A stretch of 64,000 nucleotides of DNA, taken from positions 20,774 to 84,773 of the forward strand of contig CAZPLO010000005.1 in NCBI GenBank assembly GCA_964587725.1. The letters run 5' to 3'. Shown in pieces: positions 32,118 through 44,501 of this stretch. The DNA comes from an uncultured archaeon. GTDB taxonomy: Archaea > Altiarchaeota > Altiarchaeia > IMC4 > SCGC-AAA252-I15. The stretch's first letter is position 1. The number at the start of each line of letters is the position of its first letter. The position numbers and the translations under genes were made by a program. Below the pieces are notes generated by a model that was not told the origin of the DNA, searched no databases, and worked only from the letters and a program-made list of their open reading frames with translations.

Positions 32118-32810
32118 TCAGCCCATCTTCCGCAGCTCCAAACCGCAGACGGTCAAAGCCAGGTGGACGGACATCAGGTAGACCAGCCCCAACACCATCA
32201 GCAGGCGGGTGTTGGAGACAATCCACAGGTCGCGGGTGAACTTCGTCGACACGCGGTCCAGCTGCGCACTCATCTCCTCGAAGTCCGCGGACAATTTCCG
32301 CATGTCGTCGGCGTTAGACTCCAGGTAATCGGCGGTCTCATCCAGTTCATCGGAGGCGGTCGAGACATGGGAGGACACCTCCGCCATGCTCTCCGACGCG
32401 TTAGAAAGACTCTCCGACAACGCAGTGAACTTCACAGACACACCCTCGAACTGCGTCACACCCAACAGGGACAAACTGCCGTGGACCGCGGAAAACCCGG
32501 AGGCGACGTCGCCGGACAATGAAGAAGCCAGCGCCAGCGTATCACTCGAGTCAGACAACGTGTCGCGGACGCTCCCCTCGGCCTCAGCCACCGCCCGCAG
32601 CGCATCCTCCGCCTGCCCCACACTCAATGCGGCGTTGTATGAGGCTATGGACGCGTCGTCCATGGCGGCGGACATCGCCTTGAACTCCCCCTCGACGGAC
32701 TCGGACAAATCGGAGCCGCCGAACCCGGTGAACGCCACCAACGGCAGCATCAGCCCGAAGACGATGAACCCCGCCACCCCGTAACCTATTACGGCATCCG
32801 ACAGACGCAT
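32118..32810 (-). CDS. two-TM membrane protein with helical/coiled-coil extracellular region
   Basis: Likely start MRLSDAV at 32810; N- and C-terminal TM helices. Confidence 0.65.
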   Translation of the reverse strand: MRLSDAVIGYGVAGFIVFGLMLPLVAFTGFGGSDLSESVEGEFKAMSAAMDDASIASYNAALSVGQAEDALRAVAEAEGSVRDTLSDSSDTLALASSLSGDVASGFSAVHGSLSLLGVTQFEGVSVKFTALSESLSNASESMAEVSSHVSTASDELDETADYLESNADDMRKLSADFEEMSAQLDRVSTKFTRDLWIVSNTRLLMVLGLVYLMSVHLALTVCGLELRKMG

Positions 32811-32873
32811 AGAAGGATTCTGGTTAACAGGATTTATAAACGCACACGCCTGAATAGTGAGAAGGTGAAGCAG

Positions 32874-33413
32874 ATGACGACGGAAGACAACATCAAGGCC
32901 GCGTTCGCGGGGGAAAGCCAGGCGCGGAACAAGTACGTGTTCTACGCGAAGGCGGCGCGGAAGCAGGGATACCACTACATAGCCAAAGTGTTCGAGGAGA
33001 CGGCGTTGAACGAGGTCCAGCACGCCAAAGACCACCTCAAGATGCTCAACGGCATAGGAGACACTGCAGCCAACCTGAAGGACGCAATCGAGGGCGAACA
33101 CTACGAGACCCTGGACATGTACCCCAGCTTCGCCGAGGAAGCCGAGAAAGAAGGCAACGAAGACGCTGCGAGGCTGTTCAGGAACATCGCCAAGATAGAG
33201 GAGAAACACCGGGACAGATACAATAAGCTGCTGAAGATGGTGGAGGACGGCACCGTATACAAGCGAAGCAAACCCATCAAGTGGCGGTGCAGCAAATGCG
33301 GATACCTCCACGAAGGCACGGAACCGCCTGAAAAATGCCCGTCGTGCAAGCACCCGAAGGAATATTATGAGCCGGCTTGCATGTGCTTCCAAGACGACTG
33401 CGACAGCTGCTAA
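32874..33413 (+). CDS. rbr: rubrerythrin
   Basis: AFAGESQARNKY, EVQHA, EEKH, C-terminal CSKCGY...CPSC. Confidence 0.95.
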   Translation: MTTEDNIKAAFAGESQARNKYVFYAKAARKQGYHYIAKVFEETALNEVQHAKDHLKMLNGIGDTAANLKDAIEGEHYETLDMYPSFAEEAEKEGNEDAARLFRNIAKIEEKHRDRYNKLLKMVEDGTVYKRSKPIKWRCSKCGYLHEGTEPPEKCPSCKHPKEYYEPACMCFQDDCDSC

Positions 33414-33506
33414 AGCTTCAGCGCCTTGGAGGCCGCGTCTTCAGGAGATGCCTGCAGTTTAAAGTTGGTGGGGGCGTATATAAACGGGTAGTGGGTATTC
33501 TCTTAT

Positions 33507-33647
33507 GTGGAACAGGGTTTCGTGTCGATTCCTAAGAGCGAGTACGAGCTGCTCAGGAAAAAAGCTGAAATAGCCGACGACGCAGTCATACAGCTTAACC
33601 TCAGCCTCAGCGACCTCAGACAGGGTAGGGTGAGCAAATTCCTATAG
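33507..33647 (+). CDS. 46-aa putative antitoxin (not in ORF track)
   Basis: GTG start: MEQGFVSIPKSEYELLRKKAEIADDAVIQLNLSLSDLRQGRVSKFL*; TATAAA about 25 nt upstream. Confidence 0.65.
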   Translation: MEQGFVSIPKSEYELLRKKAEIADDAVIQLNLSLSDLRQGRVSKFL

Positions 33648-33947
33648 CGAGTGCAGATAATCTAAAAGTTCATCACCGTTCGCCAATACAAAATCGATTA
33701 TCTTCTGCTGCTCTTTTTTGGACGCAAACGCCATGAAAAGGATCTTCTTCCCCGCATCATCAACTAGAAAATAAAGTCTTTTGCTCGAGTATTTTTTCTC
33801 ACGAAACCAGTTGAAATGAAGGGGTTTGCCTGCAGGGTTATCCTCCAACTGGTCCTTAATCTTATGAATCCACTCCCGTTCGTCCTTCGTTAAAGTCTTA
33901 TACAGTTTCTGGAATGATTCAGTAGCATAAACGTCGTACTTAAGCAT
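33642..33947 (-). CDS. RelE-like toxin (divergent)
   Basis: YDVYATESFQKLYKTL...QLEDNPAGKPL..FREKK...RLYFLV...SKKEQQKII. Confidence 0.65.
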   Translation of the reverse strand: MLKYDVYATESFQKLYKTLTKDEREWIHKIKDQLEDNPAGKPLHFNWFREKKYSSKRLYFLVDDAGKKILFMAFASKKEQQKIIDFVLANGDELLDYLHSL

Positions 33948-33987
33948 CAGTCAAGACTTACAGGCCTCTGGATAAAAATAGCTGCTG

Positions 33988-34473
33988 CTAAAGCTCCAGC
34001 GCCTTGGAGGCCGCGTCTTCAGCCGACGCTACAACGATGCGTTGGATGCGCCGGTCGCCGGGGAAGGCGTCTTTGACCGTGTCGGAGACGCCGCCGCTAC
34101 CTTTAACCGCCACAACCGGCTTGCCGTAGTTCAACGCCATGCAGATTTCACTCAAGGTTCCTGTGCTGCCGTTGACTGCGATGACCGCGTCCGCCGATGA
34201 TACGACGAGGGAGTTCCGCATGTACCCTAACCCCGTCGGTATTACGACGTCTACGAAGGGGTTCGCGTCCGAGCCGTCGGAGGACGGCAGAATACCCACG
34301 GTGACGCCGCCCTTATCCTTAGCGCCCTTGCATGCGGCCTCCATGACGCCGCCGCGGCCGCCGCATATGAGAACGCAGCCGGAGGAGGCGATGTCAGCCC
34401 CGACACGTTCGGCCATCGCGCGAACCTCGTCCGGCAGGTCCGCGTCCACACCTATCACTGAAATGCGCTTCAT
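33988..34473 (-). CDS. TIGR00725-like SLOG/LOG-related protein
   Basis: CGGRGGVMEAAC.GA, VGILP, TGLG..RN, GTLSE. Confidence 0.9.
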   Translation of the reverse strand: MKRISVIGVDADLPDEVRAMAERVGADIASSGCVLICGGRGGVMEAACKGAKDKGGVTVGILPSSDGSDANPFVDVVIPTGLGYMRNSLVVSSADAVIAVNGSTGTLSEICMALNYGKPVVAVKGSGGVSDTVKDAFPGDRRIQRIVVASAEDAASKALEL

Positions 34474-35792
34474 CTCAACCTGCCGAATGTTTTAGTGAGA
34501 AAGTCGCGTACCCTCTCCTCGTTCGCTTTCACGTCATCCCGCAGGACTTCCACGTTGAAGCACACGCTCTTCAGCCCAGCACCTATCTTCTCCCCCTTGT
34601 AGACGTCCCGCACCTTAACGGACGCGACGGAATCCACTTCGGATATGATGAGCTGCGAAACAAACCCCTCGTCGGCGGACTCATCCAACACGACGGAGTA
34701 GTCCTTCGATGCGGTGCCGTACTTCTGTTTCTTGAACTCGAATTTTTCGGCGTCACCCAAGACCACCAGGTTAGAAAGCTTCAAGGTCTTCCGCTTCCCG
34801 CCCTCGTTTAACACCACCTCGTCGGGTGAAACGGATTCGACCACACCTAGGTGGCCGACGCCAGAGTACATGTGTCGTAGACAGATTTCCTCGCCCACCG
34901 AACCCTTCAGCGCCTTCAGCTCCGCCACCAGACTGCCGATGGCCTTGTCGCTCCGCCCCATCGAACGCTCCGTATCCCCGAAGTGTTTCGCGGCGTCCGC
35001 CATCATCGACACGAAATCCTCCTCGCGTTTCCCGCGGACGGCGTCGCTCAGCTCCCGCGCCGACCTGAAGAAGCTGTCGTGGACGTCCACCACTCTCGGA
35101 TTCTGCATCTGGATTTCAGCGTACAGGTGTGGGTCCTGGCCGATAATCCTGCCTATCATGTCCAGCATCAGCTCGTACACGGGGCTTGAAAACTGCCGCG
35201 ACCGCTTCACATCCAACCCCATGTCCTTCAGTGTTTTGCCGACGCTGATGTATGTGAAGTGGGTCAGACCCTGAACCACAGCCATCACCTCGTCGTGTTC
35301 CTCCGGCGTGGAGTCGATGATGCGGGCGTTGTGCTTCTCCAGCATATCCCGCAGCCACTTCAGCCACTTCTTGCCGCGGACGGGAGTCAGCACGAACACC
35401 TGCCCGTCTATGGAACCGACGCGGGGCCCGAATATGGGGTGGGTCCCCACCACCTCCACTTTCTTAGAAGAATGCTCGGCCATCAGTTCACAAGGCCACG
35501 ATTTCACAGACGTCAAGTCGCAGAGTAATGCGCCGTCTTTCACGTGCGGAGCCACCTCCCCTATGGTATCGGCAGTCACCGCGATGGGGACGGTTATGAC
35601 GACGACGTCCGCGTCCTTAACGGCCTCCGCGTTGTCTTGGACGTATTTTACGCCGAGTTCCTCGGCGGCCTTCAACCCCTTACGTTCCGTCGGCCCCGCT
35701 ACGGTGACGTCGCAGCCTTCGCCCTTGAACAGCTTCGCGAACAGCCGGCCCATCCCACCGTATCCGCCGACAATCGACACCTGCACGGTCAT
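34470..35792 (-). CDS. tyrA: prephenate dehydrogenase with C-terminal extension ending in an FDX-ACB-like domain
   Basis: GGYGGMG, DLTSVK, THPIFGP, EEHDEVMAVVQGLTH; C-terminal KDYSVV...DVYKGEKIGAGLKSVCF. Confidence 0.88.
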   Translation of the reverse strand: MTVQVSIVGGYGGMGRLFAKLFKGEGCDVTVAGPTERKGLKAAEELGVKYVQDNAEAVKDADVVVITVPIAVTADTIGEVAPHVKDGALLCDLTSVKSWPCELMAEHSSKKVEVVGTHPIFGPRVGSIDGQVFVLTPVRGKKWLKWLRDMLEKHNARIIDSTPEEHDEVMAVVQGLTHFTYISVGKTLKDMGLDVKRSRQFSSPVYELMLDMIGRIIGQDPHLYAEIQMQNPRVVDVHDSFFRSARELSDAVRGKREEDFVSMMADAAKHFGDTERSMGRSDKAIGSLVAELKALKGSVGEEICLRHMYSGVGHLGVVESVSPDEVVLNEGGKRKTLKLSNLVVLGDAEKFEFKKQKYGTASKDYSVVLDESADEGFVSQLIISEVDSVASVKVRDVYKGEKIGAGLKSVCFNVEVLRDDVKANEERVRDFLTKTFGRLR

Positions 35793-35826
35793 CCTTATAA
35801 TATTCTTTAAGATAATATATTATCTG

Positions 35827-37383
35827 ATGGATTTCGACGATTATGGGGAGTTAAGCCTGGAACACGAATACCATAATCTCGGCAACGACTACTACAAGAT
35901 TGGGGAGTTCGACAAGGCCATCGACCACTACAACAAGGCGTTGGAGCTCCGCCCCGACCTGCTGGAGACATACTTCAACCGGGGGCTCGCGTACACGAGG
36001 AAGCAGCTGTACGACAAAGCCCTTGAAGACCTGAGCAAGGTCATTGAGTTGAACCCGAACCTGGCGGAAGCGTACTATACGAGGGGGCTGATACACGAGT
36101 ACAAGCTGGAATACGACCTCGCCGTCCTCGACTACAACAAGGCCCTGGAGGTGGACCCGAAGTACAGTAAGGCTGAGACGCAGCGGCAGGTGGCGTTGAA
36201 CAAGAAAGCCAGCCTCCAGGCGGGGGGAGGGGGTGGAGCGCCTGCGATGACGCCCGGAGCCCCGGGAGGCGGCGAAGGCGACGGCCTCACCAAGTTCCAG
36301 ATTATGGAGAAGCCGGACATGCACTTCGACGACGTCGCAGGCCTCGAGAAAATCAAGAACAGAATCCTCGAATACATCGTGTTCCCGCTGCGGAAGCCGG
36401 AGCTGGCGAAAAGATACGGGAAGGAGGCGGGCGGCGGAGTAATCATGTACGGGCCCCCAGGCTGCGGTAAAACCTACATCGCCAAAGCCTCCGCAGGCGA
36501 ATGCGAGAGCTCGTTCATGAGCGTGAAGATGAGCGACATCGTCGACATGTACGCGGGCAACACGGAGAAGAACCTCCACAACGCCTTCGAAACCGCGCGC
36601 ACAAACACACCCTGCATACTGTTCTTCGACGAAATCGACGGCATAGCCGGGAAGCGGGAGGGGATGGACCAGAGCTTCGAGAAGCGTGCGATAAACCAGT
36701 TCCTCCTGGAGATGGACGGCGTCGAATACAGCAACGACGGAGTCCTCGCGATAGGCGCCACCAACGCCCCCTGGGACATCGACGCCGCGCTGAGGCGGTC
36801 GGGTCGTTTCAGCAGGACCATATACATCGGAGAGCCGGACACGAAGACGAGGAGGGAGATACTGAAGCTGCACCTGAAGAACCGGCCGTACACCAAAAAC
36901 CTCCCCATCGGGCGTATAGCCAGGATGACGGAGGGGTATTCGCCGGCAGACCTCGCGCAGCTGGTGGAGGCGGCGGCGACGATACCCTGGCTGGAGGCAT
37001 ACAATACAGGAAAGGAACGGGTTATCGTGTTCAATGACTTCCTGAAGGCGACGTCCGGAGACGACGCGGTGACGCCGTCGCTGCCTGCTTGGTACGGGAG
37101 CGTGAAGGACAAGCTCATAGAAGAGGACGAGAACGAGGACGAGAAATACAAGCACGGTTTCATGCGGGGGGTGTTCATGGAGATAATCTCGTTGGAGACG
37201 CCGGAGGGGCAGGGCGGCGGTAAGGAGCAGACGGTGAAGCACAAGCAGGAGCAGGACGAGCTGCTCAGCGAAGAGGACAGGAGGCTGTTCAGCCACCTCA
37301 TCAAGGACATAGAGAAGAGAACAGACGGCATCTACCTGTTCACCAGGAAAATAAGGACCATGTTCGCCAGGTACGTGATGTAG
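35827..37383 (+). CDS. TPR-repeat AAA+ ATPase (classic AAA clade, CDC48/Vps4-like)
   Basis: ATG at 35827; 3-4 TPRs, Gly/Pro linker, GPPGCGKT, FFDEID, ATNAPWDIDAALRRSGRF. Confidence 0.88.
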   Translation: MDFDDYGELSLEHEYHNLGNDYYKIGEFDKAIDHYNKALELRPDLLETYFNRGLAYTRKQLYDKALEDLSKVIELNPNLAEAYYTRGLIHEYKLEYDLAVLDYNKALEVDPKYSKAETQRQVALNKKASLQAGGGGGAPAMTPGAPGGGEGDGLTKFQIMEKPDMHFDDVAGLEKIKNRILEYIVFPLRKPELAKRYGKEAGGGVIMYGPPGCGKTYIAKASAGECESSFMSVKMSDIVDMYAGNTEKNLHNAFETARTNTPCILFFDEIDGIAGKREGMDQSFEKRAINQFLLEMDGVEYSNDGVLAIGATNAPWDIDAALRRSGRFSRTIYIGEPDTKTRREILKLHLKNRPYTKNLPIGRIARMTEGYSPADLAQLVEAAATIPWLEAYNTGKERVIVFNDFLKATSGDDAVTPSLPAWYGSVKDKLIEEDENEDEKYKHGFMRGVFMEIISLETPEGQGGGKEQTVKHKQEQDELLSEEDRRLFSHLIKDIEKRTDGIYLFTRKIRTMFARYVM

Positions 37384-37384
37384 G

Positions 37385-37855
37385 ATGAAAAAAGGCCAGG
37401 GTGCCATGGAGTACCTGATGACGTACGGCTGGGGCATACTCGCCGTACTCATCATAGGGATAGTGATGTGGCAGCTAGGCATATTCGAAGGCGGCGTCGA
37501 AGCAGTCACCTACAGGGGTTTCGCGCGCATAAAACCCATAGCCAACGTCATAGAGCTTAAGTCCGACGGCACCTTCCAGGGCACCTTCGAAAACCTCAAC
37601 GGCGTCAAGGTGTCAATCAACGCGGTGAACGCCACCAACCGCTTCGACTCCGTGGACTGCACGGCGGCGGCCGCAACCCCGTTGGAGGTGCCGCACGGAG
37701 AGTTCTTCAAAATAGACGCCAGCGGGTGCACCAGCCAAACGCATCAGCCCGGGGAAGACTACGAACTAGACGTCACCATAGAATACGACATGACCGTCGT
37801 CGGAATAGCCGCGACACACAGGGACGGGGGAACAATCAGGGGAATGTACAATTAA
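37385..37855 (+). CDS. class III signal peptide (type IV pilin-like) protein
   Basis: MKKGQGAMEYLMTYGWGILAVLIIG. Confidence 0.85.
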   Translation: MKKGQGAMEYLMTYGWGILAVLIIGIVMWQLGIFEGGVEAVTYRGFARIKPIANVIELKSDGTFQGTFENLNGVKVSINAVNATNRFDSVDCTAAAATPLEVPHGEFFKIDASGCTSQTHQPGEDYELDVTIEYDMTVVGIAATHRDGGTIRGMYN

Positions 37856-37873
37856 AAAGAATGGATGGGGGGT

Positions 37874-40585
<2,712 letters not shown>

Positions 40586-40645
40586 TCAAATATCCGGTTA
40601 AAAGAACGAGTTCTAATATAAGAAACATAATTTAAAAAACACAGG

Positions 40646-42013
40646 ATGAAGAAGACCAAGATAATCTGCACCCTAGGACCTTCGTCGATGGACGTGAAGA
40701 CCGTCGGGAGGATGGTTAATGCGGGGATGAACGCCGTCCGCGTCAACACAGCCTACGGCGACATCGGCGAATACGACCGGATAATAGGCAACGTGTGGTC
40801 GGTCGCCGACATACCCGTGGTGTTGGACGTCAAGGGCCCGGAGGTCAGGCTGAAGGTGGGTGAGAGGTTCAAGGCCGCCAAAGGCTCGGAGGTGAGCGTA
40901 GGGTACGGGAAAAAAGAGCCTGTGAGATTCAACCGCAACATCATAGGGCAGCTCAGGAAAGGCGACACCGTACTCCTGGACAAGGGCAGGGTTAAGTCCA
41001 CCGTCACCGGGAAGAGGGACGGCAGGGTGAAATTGAAGCTCTCGGGGGGGTGCGAGTTCCGGGACGGCCTGGGCGTGAACGTCCCCGGCAGGCAGCTGAA
41101 GGTGAAGACCCTGTCGAAGAGGGACCTTGAAGTTATAGACTACGCGAAAAAGAAGAAGGTGGACTACATCGCATTGTCGTTCACCCGCGACGTCAACGAC
41201 GTGAAGGCGCTGAAGAGGAGGCTGAAGGGCAGCGACATAGGGGTTATAGCGAAGATAGAGAACCGCGTCGGAGTCGACAACGTAGAGGACATTATACTGG
41301 CGTGCGACGGCATCATGGTGGCCCGCGGCGACCTCGGAGTCGAAATACCGTTCGAGGAGATTCCGCTGATACAGAAGGACATAATAGTGAAATGCAACCG
41401 GATGGGGAAGATATCGATTGTTGCGACGGAGATGATGCATTCGATGGTGGAGAACCCGCAGCCGACGCGGGCGGAGACCAGCGACGTAGCCAACGCCATA
41501 ATAGACGGCAGCGACGCGGTGATGCTGTCGGCGGAATCAGCCATCGGAAAATACCCTGTGGAGGCTGTGAAGGCTATGAGGGACATCGCCGTGGAGGTGG
41601 AATGCCACCTGGAGCTGACGCCGTTGAACGAGGAAGTCCACGACAAGGTGTCGATGGCGATTTCGAAGGCGGTCACCAGCATCATTGAGACGATAGACGT
41701 GGACAGGATTGTGGTGGCGACGCACAGCGGCTACACCGCCATGCTCATATCCAACTTCCGCGTGTGCAAGGACATCATCGCCATAACCGACGACCCCGCG
41801 GTGAAGAGGAAACTGCACCTGGTGTACGCGGTGCAGCCCGTGGAACATCGTTACTTCAAGGAGAAAGACAGGGTGAGGGAGATAGCCAGGTACTGTCTGA
41901 CGGAGGGTTTGGTGAGGAAGAACGACATGGTGTTGTTCACAGCCGGAGTCTACACCAGCAAACCCACAACCAACCTGGTGCAGCTGCACCGGATATCTGA
42001 GCTGCTGGGTTAG
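40646..42013 (+). CDS. pyk: pyruvate kinase
   Basis: KTKIICTLGP, IAKIEN, IMVARGDLGVE, PTRAETSDVANA, DAVMLS.ESA.GKYP. Confidence 0.96.
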   Translation: MKKTKIICTLGPSSMDVKTVGRMVNAGMNAVRVNTAYGDIGEYDRIIGNVWSVADIPVVLDVKGPEVRLKVGERFKAAKGSEVSVGYGKKEPVRFNRNIIGQLRKGDTVLLDKGRVKSTVTGKRDGRVKLKLSGGCEFRDGLGVNVPGRQLKVKTLSKRDLEVIDYAKKKKVDYIALSFTRDVNDVKALKRRLKGSDIGVIAKIENRVGVDNVEDIILACDGIMVARGDLGVEIPFEEIPLIQKDIIVKCNRMGKISIVATEMMHSMVENPQPTRAETSDVANAIIDGSDAVMLSAESAIGKYPVEAVKAMRDIAVEVECHLELTPLNEEVHDKVSMAISKAVTSIIETIDVDRIVVATHSGYTAMLISNFRVCKDIIAITDDPAVKRKLHLVYAVQPVEHRYFKEKDRVREIARYCLTEGLVRKNDMVLFTAGVYTSKPTTNLVQLHRISELLG

Positions 42014-42414
42014 CCGCCGCCCTTCGCCTGCGTTATCTTACGCTGGCCGCCCCACTGCAGGTACATGACCTCCGCACCCTCCTTGATGAACGATTTGATG
42101 TCGTCCTCCTGGGGCATGGGCATCTCGAACGTTTCATATGATTCCATGTCCATCATCTGCAGCTTGTCGCCGACCACCGCCAGGACCTGCGCGGCCCTCT
42201 TATCCATCATCGGCGTCTCCGTCTTGTCGCTGGCGGGCTTTATCATGCTCTTCTTGGTGTCTTCGAAGATGCCGGTGGCCTCTATCCTCACCCGCGCGCC
42301 ACCGTGCTTCCCCGGCTTGCTGTGGGTCATGTTCTGTATCTTGCACGGCACGTCTTCTATGAGAATGTATTTGCCCGGCTTAAGCGTCCTGATTTCAACA
42401 ATCCTCTTCTCCAT
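42010..42414 (-). CDS. eif5a: translation factor aIF5A
   Basis: SKPGKHGGAR hypusine loop, QMMDMESYETFE. Confidence 0.95.
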   Translation of the reverse strand: MEKRIVEIRTLKPGKYILIEDVPCKIQNMTHSKPGKHGGARVRIEATGIFEDTKKSMIKPASDKTETPMMDKRAAQVLAVVGDKLQMMDMESYETFEMPMPQEDDIKSFIKEGAEVMYLQWGGQRKITQAKGGG

Positions 42415-42492
42415 GTTAATCAGCCTCGTGGATGGACAATATATTGGAGACCGGGTTTATATCTGTGGGGCTCCCAGTTTTTAACGGAGAAG

Positions 42493-43767
42493 ATGCCCAG
42501 GGAGGTCAGGAAGGTCGGGTTCGAGGAGGGCAGGGCGGTGGAGGACAGCCTCCGCCTCGACCCGGAGCTGAAGCTTTTTGAAGACCATGGGAGTTATCTG
42601 AGGTTCAGGCCCGGCAGGAGCTTCGGGGGCCCCCGCCCCCTGCTGGATGAGGCCCGGAGGACCGGCCGGCCCGCATACTACGTCGAATCCGGGAGGAAGG
42701 TGGTTGAATTGGTGCCCAGGGAGGCGCGGATGCCGGATGTAGAGTGCAGGGCGCTTCAGACGACGGTGGAGCACTTCAGTTTAGGCGGCATCCTCGGAGA
42801 CCTCCTGAAAAACGTCATAGGCTCCCGCAGTCTGCCGGATTTGAAGCGGGGGTTGGACACGCTCACCCCCGAGGAGGCGGTGGATTTCTCCGAGGCGGTG
42901 ATGGAGTTCGAGTGGGAGGGGCTGATGAGGGAAGTCGACCCCGGAGACAGGAAACGTGTTTCTGAGTTCCTGTGGCGGCTGGACCGGATGGCGCTGAAGC
43001 GGCTGGGCCGCGAACTCAAGACCTCCAAGCTCGAAGACGACGTCGTGAAAGGGTTGGTTGTGCGGGAGGGCTTCGACATGGCGTTGGAGAGCCTTGAACT
43101 GGATGAGGAGATGATGGGGGGGAGCAGGGCGGAGGTGGCGGGGATTACTCCAAAGACCAGACAGCATATTGAAATGTCGTACACGGAGCGTATGGGGCAG
43201 TTCTCCTACGTCAGGGGCAGGGAGCCCGTTGGGATGAGGGAGTGCATGGTGATGAGGGATAACGCCGGCGCCCTCGCCGGATACTACGCCGCCAGGTGGA
43301 ATCATTTGAACGGGGAGTGGCTGGACAGCGACGCCTCCCTCCAGTTCCTCAAGGCGTTCGATGAAATCAAGGACTACATCGTCTTCCAGCCGTGGAACCC
43401 GCTGGTGGAGAAAACCTACGCGCAAGTGACCGCGGTCACGGGCGTGACCGAGAGGACGCAGGAGGCGCTGCGGAGGGTTGCGTTGGAACTCAACACCCGA
43501 CTGAACATGGGGCAGTCCGACGACATGATAGTAGGGAAGTTGAGGCAGCCGCTGGCAAGGCTCGAGGACAGCGTATTCGAGGATCTCCCGTACGTTGACG
43601 GGGGCTGGAGGGGTGAAGACCCCGTGGACGACCTCGTAGCCGGAGAAGACTCCTGGATGCGGGAGAACACCGCCAGAATAGCCAATGCATTGGATACCAT
43701 GGCCGTCGAACCCGACCACGTTAAAAACCTCGTCCGGCTCGCGCGGGCGTGGCGGACGGAGCCCTGA
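42493..43767 (+). CDS. hypothetical protein
   Basis: Long ORF with host-like codon usage; likely ATG at 42493; no motif recognised. Confidence 0.6.
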   Translation: MPREVRKVGFEEGRAVEDSLRLDPELKLFEDHGSYLRFRPGRSFGGPRPLLDEARRTGRPAYYVESGRKVVELVPREARMPDVECRALQTTVEHFSLGGILGDLLKNVIGSRSLPDLKRGLDTLTPEEAVDFSEAVMEFEWEGLMREVDPGDRKRVSEFLWRLDRMALKRLGRELKTSKLEDDVVKGLVVREGFDMALESLELDEEMMGGSRAEVAGITPKTRQHIEMSYTERMGQFSYVRGREPVGMRECMVMRDNAGALAGYYAARWNHLNGEWLDSDASLQFLKAFDEIKDYIVFQPWNPLVEKTYAQVTAVTGVTERTQEALRRVALELNTRLNMGQSDDMIVGKLRQPLARLEDSVFEDLPYVDGGWRGEDPVDDLVAGEDSWMRENTARIANALDTMAVEPDHVKNLVRLARAWRTEP

Positions 43768-43810
43768 TTTAAATACCGGGGCGGGTAAATTCTTCTCTGA
43801 GGTGAAAAAC

Positions 43811-44470
43811 ATGGACTTTAAAGTAATTTCGTTAATGGTTTTGGCCGTGCTGATGAGCGCGTGCATCGGGGGGGGAGGTGAAACAACGCCTTCAGGAGAC
43901 ACCGGCGGCGCAATGACGGACGAAGGAGACGTCGACAGCACGATGGACGACGACTCTGGAATGATGGGGGACCCCGGTTCCGAAGGCGGCTCAGACGTCC
44001 TACGGGACCTTACGGCTGCGTTCTCATCCGGCTTGGGGTACAAGTGCACGTACAGGGACGAGCAGGGGATGAGCGAGATGTGGGTGGAAGGGGGCAGATA
44101 CCACAGCATCACCACCGTCCAGGGCGAGAGATACCACACATTGAGCGACGGCACATGGGCTTACATGTGGGTTGAAGGCGAAACCACCGGCACCAAATTC
44201 AAGCCCGAGGACTTCGAAGACGAGGAAGCAGAGACGGCGGAGTACGAGGACGTGGACGATGTCGCCGCGGCGGCGGTGAACGTGGAATGCCACCCGGAAG
44301 CCATAGCCGGGAGCAGGTTCGTCCCCCCCGGGAACGTGCAGTTCCAGGACATGGGTGAGATGATGGAGCAGATGCAGCAGATGGGTGAGAACATGGAGCA
44401 GGATCCGTGCGCGTACTGTGAAATGCTCCCCGCCGGCGAATCCAGGGACCAGTGTCTAGCCAACTGCTGA
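43811..44470 (+). CDS. secreted/lipoprotein-like protein
   Basis: GAGGTGA RBS, signal ending LMSACIGGG, YKCTY...WAYMW, C-terminal CAYC...CLANC. Confidence 0.7.
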   Translation: MDFKVISLMVLAVLMSACIGGGGETTPSGDTGGAMTDEGDVDSTMDDDSGMMGDPGSEGGSDVLRDLTAAFSSGLGYKCTYRDEQGMSEMWVEGGRYHSITTVQGERYHTLSDGTWAYMWVEGETTGTKFKPEDFEDEEAETAEYEDVDDVAAAAVNVECHPEAIAGSRFVPPGNVQFQDMGEMMEQMQQMGENMEQDPCAYCEMLPAGESRDQCLANC

Positions 44471-44501
44471 CTTTTATAAAGCGGCGGTTAATGGCTTAAC
44501 C

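Larger units (their letters stand above)
33406..34022. mobile_element. convergent antitoxin/RelE-like mini-cassette bounded by a 39-bp direct repeat (33406-33444 / 33984-34022)
   Basis: GCTGCTAAAGCTYCAGCGCCTTGGAGGCCGCGTCTTCAG, 38/39 identity; corresponds to the 3' end of the TIGR00725-like gene. Confidence 0.8.

Noticed and set aside
35308-35826. Long N-terminal extension of the TPR-AAA ORF, and similar extensions at 32811-33392 and 44879-45103
   Set aside because: They overlap well-supported genes; downstream ATGs give sensible starts
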